Assembly (NCBI GenBank): GCA_032718475.1
Contig: JAUCBJ010007091.1
Span: 3,684 to 67,683 of the forward strand
Source: Nemertoderma westbladi
Lineage: Eukaryota > Animalia > Xenacoelomorpha
DNA length: 64,000 bases
Direction of reading: 5' to 3'
Positions within the stretch are counted from its first letter, which is position 1. Every line of letters starts with the position of its first letter. The position numbers and the translations under genes are program-made. Below, one piece after another: positions 22,324-33,506 of the stretch. The notes beneath the pieces are model-generated. The model was not told the DNA's origin. It ran no database searches and saw nothing but the letters and a program-made list of their open reading frames with translations.

Positions 22324-25300
22324 TGTTTGGTTCCCGATAAATAGGTATATTGTTTTTCTTTATCGGTTTTTCGACCTTTGTTTGATAGTGACCCCAGGGA
22401 AGCGAATGATTTTTATTAACCCAATAAAGTTTATCGTCAAATGCGCTGAGAGCAAACTTGTCTCGTGCTATAGTGTACACTTTGTGTAATTTGCTCTGAA
22501 ACTGATGTGTTTCCTTGGAAATTTCTTCGTTATCGTAATATGCCCTCAAATAATCTTCGTGACAAATATTTTTATCCACGACAGCTCTTGTTATTCCTTT
22601 CGCACGTCGTATGTTGGATTCATTGAATTCCAAAATTGAATATAATTTTGGTCTTAAAAATACTGCTTGTTTAATCTCTCGTGAGGCTAGTTCGTCTTTA
22701 CAGTAATAGAGCCTGGATTTATTTTTATCGCTGTAGAGAGGGTGATCCTTGGGGTAATTGGATGTATCTAGAATATTATTTTTAATTAAGGCTTTTAAAA
22801 AATTATTCTGCGATGTATTATAGTAACAACCTATTAAAGAGTCCGTGTCTGATGCTACAATTTCAATTCGGCAGTTTAATTCTTTCTCAATAGGTAGCAA
22901 TTTATCGTAATACAGCTGATACATATCCAATTTAGCCAAGTCCAAGACAGTACTACCTATATAGACCGGCTTATCGAGAGTTACAGAGTCTTTTACTAAT
23001 AAATGTCCCGATAAGGAATCGTTATAAATCATGAAATTTTCATGATTTATTCGTTTGACTAATTGGTCACATTTTTCTTTACTATTAGCGATACGAAAGT
23101 TACATCGATCTCTTATCTTTTCAATCGTTTTTCCAAATAAAGAATTGTTCAGCAATTTCGCGACAGCTGTTTCAATATAACTTTTTGCCAGCCGCCTTTG
23201 ATTAATATTAAAATCGATGTAATTTTTAAATACAAATTCTTGTTGAAAAGAATATAATTTATGTAGTTTAGTAACAATTAATCCGTGTTTTATATAAAAT
23301 TTTAACAGTTTTAAATTTACATGATAGAATTCTTTATCGAATTGTGTCAACATAAGTTTCGGTGCACACATCTTATACTTGCTATTAGTGCCTCTTTGTT
23401 TACATACATGATTATATTGTTCCCTCATATATGGTGAAAGCATTGTCTCATTTATACTTAAATGTTCTGGGGCTAAGGGTAGTTCTAATGTACGATCGTG
23501 AATATCTTTGGGATATTTCAAATCGCAAATTAAGAAAAACCCAATATCACCTTCAGTATTCAAGATTTATCAAATAGTTTATTAGTTCTTCTGGAGCAGC
23601 ATTCTCTAAATATGTAACGTTGACTTGTTCAAAACCTGAAACAGGTAGCTTTTTACTTAAATTACCAGAATACAAGGAATTAAAATCTATATTGAAAATA
23701 TGACACTCTTCCTTGCTTGGATCATAATTATCAGTATCTGGTATATTTGATTCTATGTAATGCTTTCGACAGAATGAAACCCCTCCTCTAATAGATGCTT
23801 CAAAATCTCTATATGTTTGGTAATCTTTTATTAATGTTAACTTACATTTATTGTATTTCAGGGCGCAATCATAAGTGAAAGCTGCGATACTGCAATAATA
23901 AACTACTTCTAATTCGTAGTTTTGTCTACACACTCTCCTAAAGTTCTCAAATATATCAGCGAGGAGACAAACATCGAGTTTTAAGTATGCTAAAAGATAA
24001 TCCTTGAGATTCACACAGTCAAACTGACTCCATGATGCGTTGGCAAAACTATATTCCTCGGGTGTACAGGTATTTTGTGTTAATTTACTATAAAATTTGT
24101 CTATTGATGGTAATTTCGAATCATTGAATTTATTTAAATCTGTCAGATACTCGTAGGGAAATATACCTTTTCGTTTAATTGTTGCATTATTTAAATTTGG
24201 ATAAAAATATTTCATTTGCTGTTCAGTAATTGGTAGAACTGATGTTATATCCTCGCTGTCTATATCCTTTGTTGAACAATCAACTAAAGTACTTAGGGAA
24301 AAGGATAAAAATTGATATGTGTCTAAGACACGTAGCTCGATCTTAGTTTTTTCATCTTTAACTGGTATATGCATGCTTAGTGAAATATACCTTTCAGAAT
24401 TTTTAGGGATTACCTTTATATCCCAATCGGAATATTTATTATTGCTAAAACCAACTTGCAAAAGAAAATGCAAATCGTAGAGATTGCAGTTGTGTGCAGC
24501 GAGTATATACATGTGTCGTTTCAACGATAAAGAGCGGTTACATGCGTTACAAGCGGCCGCTATATAGTTACCAGTAATATGTGAGTGATGTTTGTTTTTC
24601 TCAGACTTATCCTTAAATAAAACATTGCAATAAAAGCAAGTTTTAGCTTTCCAAAAACTTAACTTATCTACATCGTTAAGTATAATCTTCTCTCGCGTAT
24701 GGGTTTCTGCCCACTTATATAATTGGGTGATGTCATTATATACAGAGTCTAAAAAGTCTTGAATACAGTTGTTGTCGATTGTTTTTGTAAAGGTCTTCAA
24801 ATAAAATTTTGGTGGATTGATTAATTCGGTACTAGGAACAATTAAATAACTTACAGCGCATGGGATATGATTCTGAATAAATTTACTGTTGATGGCTGGC
24901 TCCAAAATAGATTCTATGTCAAAATATATTACAAACAATGCTGGTAATGTTCTGTCTAAATTTCTAAAGCTAATGTGAGTTCTTTTTTCAGACGGTAGCT
25001 TCTCAACTTGACTTTTACCTCGATAACAAGCAAGACGGTGACGTTCTAGAACATCCTTGGTGTAGAAAGGCGCCAAACATCGTTCACAAAAATGCCTACC
25101 ACGAGTATGAAGAGCTCTCGTATTCATCAAACGATTCAAGTTAGTTATGCAAACATAATGTGATTGTTTACTCGTATTCTTATTTTTTACAAGTAATATA
25201 TTCAATAACTCTTTATCTGGAGTGATTTTACTAAATGGTGCCTGTCTTAATATAGATACTCGATTGTTGTCGTAGAGTAATAAATTAATTATATATGCTG

Positions 25301-26324
25301 AATTCTGTTTTTCAAAAAGTTTAATTGCAAGCGGCCATTCTGTTGGATAATCTTTGTTGCCGTTGTCAAAAATGAAATGACTCATATAATTTTTGTACTG
25401 TGAAGTACGGTTTTTGTTTATCTTCACTTTGCTACTAAATTTTATAGCTATAATTGCCCATTTAAAACAGTCATTATCAGCCGTTTGTATATTTATAACA
25501 CATTGTTTACACGCTAGAGCCTTAGGTAACTCCATATATCCATGCCCCTTATATAGTAACGACCTACACTTGGATTCAGCTACTTTAATTTCTACTCTTA
25601 ATAAAGATTTAACACGCCACCCTGAGCCACGAGTGTTAAATATGGCTATTTTTTCCATTAATTTTTCTAGTACATACTCAAACCATGTGTCAAAACTTTC
25701 ATGTGAATCTACGGTATTAACTGCACCACCTGAAGAACTAAAATAGAAAGCTTCTTCTTGATCACCCTCTGAAAAATGTGATCGATACATGAGTATATTC
25801 ACACCTAGCCAGGGTCTAAGTACATTCATTTCGCTAAGTTTTCCTAATAATAAAGTTTGGATGTGAGGTAGAATTTTAATTAATGTTGAATGAATATCAG
25901 GAAAATCTTCATCATTTGGAAGATTGTAAACATAGATTTCTAAACGGTTATCGTGTGCGGCTCGTTCAATGTTAAAAATTGATGAACCTTGACCAGATTT
26001 CAGTCTTTTTCTAGATACGATAGTATTGTTTTGGTTCCGTTGTGGTGGTGGTCTAACATGATAATAACGTTGGTGACAGTCGTGACGTAAGTAATTCTCA
26101 TATAAATACTCTTTATTACAAGTAGGGCAAGTTTTTTCATACACGCAAAACTTCATTTCTTTACATCCTGTAGTCGTTTCATGTCGTTTACATATTTCTT
26201 CACGTGAACATTTCACTCGACAATTAAAACAATTGTATTCTTCAAAATGAGATTTCACATGTGTTAAATAATTTCGTTTAGAAATTTGATGAGGACAAAA
26301 TGGACATTTCAATTGTTTATCCAT
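22301..26324 (-). pseudogene. polB: Protein-primed family B DNA polymerase with a 1-nt frameshift near 23560
   Basis: GSGW, YFDIES, endonuclease-VII-like C..C/H.H.TG/C..CN, KGIFPYEY, DFNSLY, KLLNNSLFGK, SDTDSL, RPKLY; N-terminal zinc fingers. Confidence 0.93.
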
Positions 26325-26891
26325 CTCTTTATTATCCTAAAAACAATTTAAAATTAATATGAATATTGTTATATATATAATCAAAAAATTCATAAGCTAC
26401 TCAACACAAATAAAATATAATATCTAAACTTTAATTAATTTAATATTTTCAGAATGAGCTCGAATGAATCAGTTGAGCTCTTTATATATATATATATATA
26501 TATATATATTTCAAGTTTCTACTTATACCAACCAATCATAAATAACAGTTACATTGTAAACTAATATCATAAATAAAGTTGCTTTTACAACTGAATTCTT
26601 TATAATAAAATCAAGTCTAAACCAAGATGTGTATAATGCGTTTTGAATTTTCATTGATAAAGTAGGTTTTACATGCAAATGTTTTATTATGGTGGTGTAA
26701 ACTCATGCATTTACATGCGAATGTTTTATTCCTAATCCCGTGCTCACATTAAATATAAACTATCACCAATATTTACTCAATAAAGTCACCTTTACATGCA
26801 AATACTTTATAATAATCACACTTTGTGATAAAAAGTTACCTTTACAAGTCAGTGTGAAACTGAAAAAGAAAAGTCTCTAGTTAATAATAAA

Positions 26892-27935
26892 TCAATCTGA
26901 TACTGTTTTTATATGTTCCTTATTGTAATCTGCTACCTCTTCACTTGCTTTTGTAACTTTTATTTTCTTTGTAGATATAGAATCATTGTTGGGAATGGAA
27001 GATGTTTGAGATGTAGATCTGCGCTTTCTATCACACGAGGTCTCTTCGATGTATGTGTTTGGATTAAATGTGGATGAAACTACTTCTGGAAATGACTTAT
27101 TAACCTTAAACTTCCAAGTTGGTGGATATAGAATCACGAAACCGTCTGCTATATCAGTTGATGAAACCTTTAACATCATATCGTAGAGAAACTCTATATA
27201 TGGTATGTCTTTATCGTAATGTAACTGTAAATATTTGCTTTCCTTGTCTGTAATAATTACTTTTTTTTCTTGTACATTTATTTTTACTTTAAGTCGGTCA
27301 GATAAAGCTTTATCATCCGTATCTAGCTCTGAAAAGACACCTTCGTTACTAATTTCATAATTCCATTCATACCACAATGAATTTACTTCCGATGCTGTTA
27401 AGTTAAACCCATTATAATACCTAAGACCAATAGCATCAGAATATCTAGCTGAAATCTCCCATAGTCCCATATAAGTCGCTCCTTTATATTTGCTTACAAA
27501 ACCAACAAAAGATGGGTTGGTTAAATTAACAACATAACACTGATTTATTATTTCGAGTGGTGGTGATAACAATTCTAATATTTCTGTCTTACTCTGAAGC
27601 AATAAATTAATGAGTGATTTGTTTAGAATTTGACATTTGCCTTGCTTCTGAATATATACGTTTTCAGTAATAACACAGGTGGAAATATTTAACTTTCCTC
27701 TTGTAAATTCTATATTAGGATAAATATTACCTCTTGAAACTGGTGATTCCTTTTGTCGGTTGAATAATATTTCTAAGACGTCTAGAAGGTAGAGTGTATC
27801 CTGGTAAGAGAAGCACGTTGTTACATTGCTATCGCTTGAGAGTAATATAAAGTACTTGCCATAAACAATACTACAGGTATATTTATTAAATGTAAATTTC
27901 CAAGTATTGCTTGAAGTTTTTTTAAATAAATCCAT
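26892..27935 (-). CDS. Polinton protein with a PC4-like (ssDNA-binding/coactivator) segment
   Basis: VSKYKGATYMGLWE...GFNLTASEVNSL resembles PC4 VRDFKGKVLIDIRE...GISLNPEQWSQL; basic NLS-like tail. Confidence 0.55.
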   Translation of the reverse strand: MDLFKKTSSNTWKFTFNKYTCSIVYGKYFILLSSDSNVTTCFSYQDTLYLLDVLEILFNRQKESPVSRGNIYPNIEFTRGKLNISTCVITENVYIQKQGKCQILNKSLINLLLQSKTEILELLSPPLEIINQCYVVNLTNPSFVGFVSKYKGATYMGLWEISARYSDAIGLRYYNGFNLTASEVNSLWYEWNYEISNEGVFSELDTDDKALSDRLKVKINVQEKKVIITDKESKYLQLHYDKDIPYIEFLYDMMLKVSSTDIADGFVILYPPTWKFKVNKSFPEVVSSTFNPNTYIEETSCDRKRRSTSQTSSIPNNDSISTKKIKVTKASEEVADYNKEHIKTVSD

Positions 27936-28552
27936 AATTAGAATGAAAACTATTTTGAAAAATAAAAACTAAATAAATGATTATTAGATTGTAAAACTTC
28001 TGTTTATATGGTTGCTTTAATACAGCAGAGTGACTTACAGTGAGGAATATAGTAGATTCGTGTAACAGATGCAACGTGTACAGCTAAATTTATTACATTA
28101 GCGTGAGTTAGAGAGTGAAATAGCAGTAACGTGTAACAGATGCAACGTAATCAATGCTAGTCCTATCATTCTAACTTATATTCAACTTAGTTGATCGATC
28201 AGATACATCGATAAAAGAAATCGATTATTATTAATAGTCGAATTAATGTATTCTACGCTATAGTAATTATGTTAAGGAACTAGAAGCTATTTATAATCAT
28301 CTGCTACCAGTGATGAAGATGAAGAATTCAATGACTATGGTATAACTCAGATATTTATCGCCTTTTTCTCTCGAGGTTGGATGGAAGAGTGATTGGTGAG
28401 TTGTGAGGAGTTATATCAGTCCCGGGTTCGAACCCTGTTGAATATTTTGTTATCTGAAAAATTGCAAAATTAAATTTAGTTACTAGTGAAAAATAGCGAT
28501 TTGAAAAATAATAGAAGTTACCTGTAGACACACCTAGCATCTGTAAAATAAA

Positions 28553-28872
28553 GGTTGGTGAAAAATTGCGATTTGAAAAATAATAGAAGTTACCTGATGC
28601 TAAGTGTAGACACCCGAACACCTGTAAAATAAAGGCTTATGATTGGATGCAGTACTAGCGTTAGGTGACTAATAACACCTCTAGCGGAATAAGCGGGAAT
28701 TTGAGAAGTTGCCATGGTTACGGATGAAATGCTGTCATCTGATTGGTTGAAATAATAACGACCACTGGTAAAGGTTGAAATGGTGGCTTCTGATTGGCTG
28801 CAGTACTAGAAATGGATGGTAATGATGGGCTACGGGTGACTCTGATGCCGTCTCCATGTAATATATACTACT
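28553..28872 (-). repeat. Polinton right TIR
   Basis: Ends ...ATATATACTACT followed by TSD AGCAAC. Confidence 0.95.
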
Positions 28873-29549
28873 AGCAACTGACTCATGTAGTGCTTATCAA
28901 ATAGCATTAAATTCACTACAAACCACAATAATATAAGTCGCAATCGCTATATGTAACCCGTCTCTCTAACCTGTAGTGTATCAAGAAAATTGGGAAATTT
29001 GGGTTCTTTATAGATGTTCTCCAAATAATATTCAACCAACTGATACAAAATATGACAACAGTAAATAGCAGTATAATAATGTATGTTGAACCGATAATGT
29101 AAGACTGAACTGATAACAGTTATACGCTCTATAATCTAAGCCTACTAATGTTTCTTCTAAAGTCTGAAACGAATTGACTCTAGAGCCGGTGTTCCTGGCC
29201 TAGATAGAAACAACACAACAGTATCACAAAAACAGTAAGACTGAACACTCCTAGCACGATCTGCCAAATATCTCCACATCGACAGAAAAAATCGCTCTGA
29301 TTGGCTGTTAAGCTAAACAAAGAACCATGTGTCCAATGGCCGTTTCCATGTCAGCAACCAGCTGTTAGATGTCGTAATCTGAATCATCAAGGCTAAGCTG
29401 TGCCAGGGTATTTGACGCATTGCGGGTTTTTTGCCTTACCATGTCCGCCAAAGCACACATATAGAAGAATGACTTTTATGTCCGTTAAAACACCTATAAC
29501 GGTACCTTGCGGGCGAGGGGGACTGATTATATCCGCAAAAGCTTTTACA
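28873..29549 (-). mobile_element. 5' half of BEL/Pao 3' LTR
   Basis: Begins TGTAAAAGCTTTTGCGG on the minus strand after purine-rich GGGAGCGG; homologous to 1-620. Confidence 0.75.
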
Positions 29550-29627
29550 CCGCTCCCAGAAAATGGGATTCAAGTTTATAAATATACAAAAATCACAGTT
29601 TCTAATATATGTAAATACTCTAAACAG

Positions 29628-30860
29628 CTAGTCTTTCTTGCGCGGACGGCGTTTACGCAGTTTTTTAAAGCTGGCCAGAGTCCTTTTCTCTTTGGGGCGA
29701 GCCACCTTACAAGGAGGGCTATAACTCCTGGGTGAAGGGTGCAATATAATTGCATCAGAGGGTGTAGGATTATGGTCGGTGTATACGCCAGTCGAAGTGC
29801 CGGGTTGATTGACATCAACGTCGGGGGAGAGGGGTCTAACGGCTTTGAGAGCGCGTTTTAAGACAGCCGCTCTTACGGGTCCTTTACGAGTGGTCTGAAC
29901 GAGAGCCGTGGGTGGACCATAGGCAGTTAGAAACCTCCGGGGTTTAATGGTTCTTTCCAACTCGCGTTCGCGGGCTCGGTATTCGTAAGGCCGTCGATAT
30001 ACTTCCTGTAACTCGGGGTGTGAGTTAACAAATAAGTCTCCATAGTCCGGATCCTGACGGATATAATTGATTAAGTTATAGGAATGAAGGTCGCTAGGAT
30101 TAACACTCCTGAGAAATTTGCGTACGAACTTGGTTGAAATACATTCTCCGACGCGCTTCAGTAGTTCGTAACTAGATATGCGTGATTTCTGTTCGACAGA
30201 AGCGAATAGATAAGGATGGAACGCATAAACTCCTTCGTAAGCGCGTCCAGGATAATGGCGATGGCGCGAATCACAATGTAAATCAGCGTTCGCTTCCCAA
30301 GCTCTGATGTAACGTAGTGTGATCATTTCATCTACGCTTTCCAAATCGTGATTAAAAGGGCAATCGAAACTGGCGTGTCCCTTTAGTTGACAATGGTGAC
30401 ATTGAGTCATAAATTGAGGGCAAACCGCAAAAATGTACAAGTTATTGAGTCTGCAATACGCACAATAAATTTCCATCACCGGTTGTTCGTGGAAATAGGA
30501 ACAGCGGACGCTTGTGTCCATGGGCGTAACATGGTCTCTCGATGCGCATAACCGACAACGTTGCCGAGAAACATAGTTGGCATGGCGATAATTGTACGCA
30601 GTGAGACACTGTGGACCTTGATACCATTCTAGGATGTAATCGTTGTCGCTGTTCCGGGAGCGATAGGCTGAATCTCCTCAGATTCTAGGCATATTGGTTC
30701 GTCTTCCCAGTCTGTTACGAATATAATTTTCGTGATCTATTCTCGGTTTATCGTTACGACTCCGCTGGGTATGATATTTAAATAGAACCATTTCCCTTTC
30801 GGTGTCTACATCGTCCGTATCATGTAAATCGATAGGATGGCCGGTAGTTAGGAAGTCCAT
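29628..30860 (-). pseudogene. Extra 3' ORF of the BEL element, zinc-knuckle-rich, one premature stop
   Basis: ORFs 30678-30860 and 29628-30521 share a frame separated only by TGA at 30678-30680; CHHCQLKGHASFDC is a CCHC knuckle. Confidence 0.6.
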
Positions 30861-33345
30861 ATACGTACTATTCCATTCTCTATTTCTTCATCGGAATCTT
30901 CATAGCATTGCAGGAGTCTCAGTATCTGCTTATTGGTTTCTTCATGCTCCTGGTAACTAATTTTCTCCTTGAGAAACCGGTCAGATGTCTTATATTTGGG
31001 TAAATTTTTAATAACATGAACTTGTGCAGATGTCAATGGAGCGGTATCACTAGTGGTCTTCGTCCTGGAGTAGTGATGATGAAAACATCGCCTTAAATAT
31101 GTGACGGCTTTACAGAGCCGATTCCAGGAACTGTAGTGATGCATTGCTCTCTGCAGCAGGGGTGAGATTCCTTGCGAGACGTCTGGTATTCCAGATTTCC
31201 AACCTCTATCTCTAATTTCCACAACAGACTTATTTGTGGCGAGGGATTGTGGATCCGAAGCATCATTCCCGGAAGTATGTAATACAGATAGATCGATCGT
31301 CGGTTTAAATAACTTCGATTTACTCGCCCGGGTTTTAGGTTTGACTGTCTCCGCTCCCTTGGCTTGTCTAATCTCCGCCGTAGTAAGGTGAGGAGGCCAT
31401 TCATCCTCTTCCTTGCTCAGGAAGTCGGGTCCACCCAACCAATCTGGAGTATCTATCAGTTCCTGTGGAGTTGCTCCCCTGGAGGCGATATCGGCTGGAT
31501 TAATCGTACCAGGGCAATGTCTCCATTGATCTATCTTTGTGCGACTAAGAATAATAGCTACCCTGTTAGTAACAAAAACGCTGAACTGACAGACTTCATT
31601 GGTTAGATACTCCAACACGAGTAAAGCGTCGGTCCAATAAACCGTTTTCTCCAGTGGATAGTCGATTTGTTCTGTTACGTTCCGGCCGATGGCTGTAGCG
31701 TATAAAGCCGCCTTTAACTCCGCTCGAGGAACCTTTAACTTGTTGTTAATCAATGCCTTAGAGGTAACCAAGGCGACTTTGATTCCATCCGGAGTTTCGA
31801 CTCGCAGATATGCTACTATACCTATTCCCATGTCGCTGGCGTCTCCAAACACATGGAGTTGATAGGAATACGTAGGAAGAACATGACCAAAATATGCACG
31901 GGAAATTATAAAGTTCTCGATGGCCGGTAGAGAATCTTCCCATTTCATCCATTTCTTCAACAGTTCTCCCTTACGCGGATCGTCCCATGAGTGGTTTTCA
32001 AGCCACATTTGTTGTACTAAACTCCGAGCAATCAATATAACTGGGCTAATAAATCCCAATGGGTCGAAATAAGCGCTCAGGATACTTAAACAAATCCGTT
32101 TGGACCGAACTGGATTATCTCGCACCTTGGTTCCACCTTGGTGTAGTGGTTGCATTGAATTCACATCTCCTGTAGGTCGTGGGTTCGATCCTCACATGGA
32201 CCAGGGCAGTTTTCGTTTCGGCACGAATGCTTTAAAGGGACCAGCCAGGGCGCATCTCTGCCTTGCATCCTTAAGTGGTAGCTAAATGAGTACTAGAGTT
32301 TCCTCTGGGGAGTAAAGTTCTGGGGGGACCGCACTGGAAATAAGTCGTCAGACTTTGTGCGTAATCCCTGGCCTAGCGGCCGAAGAAAATTTACTTTTAC
32401 TTTTACTTTTACTCGCTGTTTTAGCTGAAAAAACAGGATATCTCTTTCAGTGTCCCACTTCAAGCCAAGCGTCTTGGTTTCTGGAAGATCGTCCTTTATT
32501 AAATCTAGGTCTTTCGCTCCTCGGTCTTCTACCGGTATCGCTTCCAGAAACTCACGGGAGTTGCTGGTGAATTTCGTCAGTCGAAATCCACCTCTTTTCA
32601 AACACTCTACCATTCCTTTCGCGACATCTATGGCTTCTTCTACTGATGGAAGGGACCTTAAATTGTCGTCCATGTATATATTACGTTTGATGTTGTCTAT
32701 CACCTCTTTGGAGAAGGCGTCTCGGTTGTCATTCGCAGTGGTTCGCACCACGGAGCAGGCGTTGGAAGGGCTTGATATGATCCCAAAAGCCTGGATGGTC
32801 ATCCAGTACTCTACCGGTTTCTGGTTGAGGTCTCCTTCAGGCCACCACAGAAATCTCAGACTGTCTCTATCTCTATCCAGCGCCTTGGCTTGTAAGAACA
32901 TTCCTTCTATATCGGAGGCGAACGCGATGGAATATTGTCTTAATCTCAAAAGTATTCCCAACAAAGATTGGAGTAAGTTGGGTCCTGGTAACAACTCGGA
33001 ATTGAGGGATTGGCCCATATATAGAGCAGAGCCATCGAATACGACTCGTACTTCGTGGGGTTTACCGGGTTTGGGAACGTAATGATGTGTTAAGTAATAC
33101 GTTCTCTCAGTCACTGGTGTTCCTTCCGGTACTCGCTCCGCGTATCCCTTTGTTATAAATTTCTTCAACTGAGTTTGGTACATTTCTTTAGCTGAAACAT
33201 TAGCCGTAAGGCGTCGATGTAATTGAGCGATTCTTTTCTCTGCCAAGGGTCTGTTATTTATAAATCTAGGTTCTCGTTTTCGAAATGGTAGGCCGATTTC
33301 ATATCTACCTTGGTCCTTTAAAAAACGTGTAGTTGTTTCCTGGAT
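30848..33345 (-). mobile_element. BEL/Pao pol fragment (RT + RNase H); integrase and 5' part missing
   Basis: YYLTHH, RVVFDGS, GPNLL, DIEGMFLQ, YMDD, LGLKWD, FDPLG, LHVFGDAS, PRAEL, NPADIASRG. Confidence 0.9.
32124..32411 (+). mobile_element. tRNA-derived SINE inserted in BEL pol
   Basis: A-box TGGTGTAGTGG, B-box GGTTCGATCC, (ACTTTT)n tail, TSD CTCGC; removal rejoins FQLKQR-DNPVRSKR. Confidence 0.82.
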
Positions 33346-33346
33346 T

Positions 33347-33472
33347 TATATATATATATATATATATATATAATCAAAAAATTCATAAGCTACTCAACAC
33401 AAATAAAATATAATATCTAAACTTTAATTAATTTAATATTTTCAGAATGAGCTCGAATGAATCAGTTGAGCT

Positions 33473-33506
<34 letters not shown>

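Larger units (their letters stand above)
8704..28872. mobile_element. Complete Polinton/Maverick (adintovirus-like endogenous virus)
   Basis: 320-bp TIRs starting AGTAGT; 6-bp TSD AGCAAC at 8698-8703 and 28873-28878; pPolB, integrase, ATPase, protease and capsid genes. Confidence 0.97.

Noticed and set aside
23553-23563. Programmed ribosomal frameshift in pPolB
   Set aside because: No slippery heptamer at the junction; a 1-nt insertion or sequencing error is simpler
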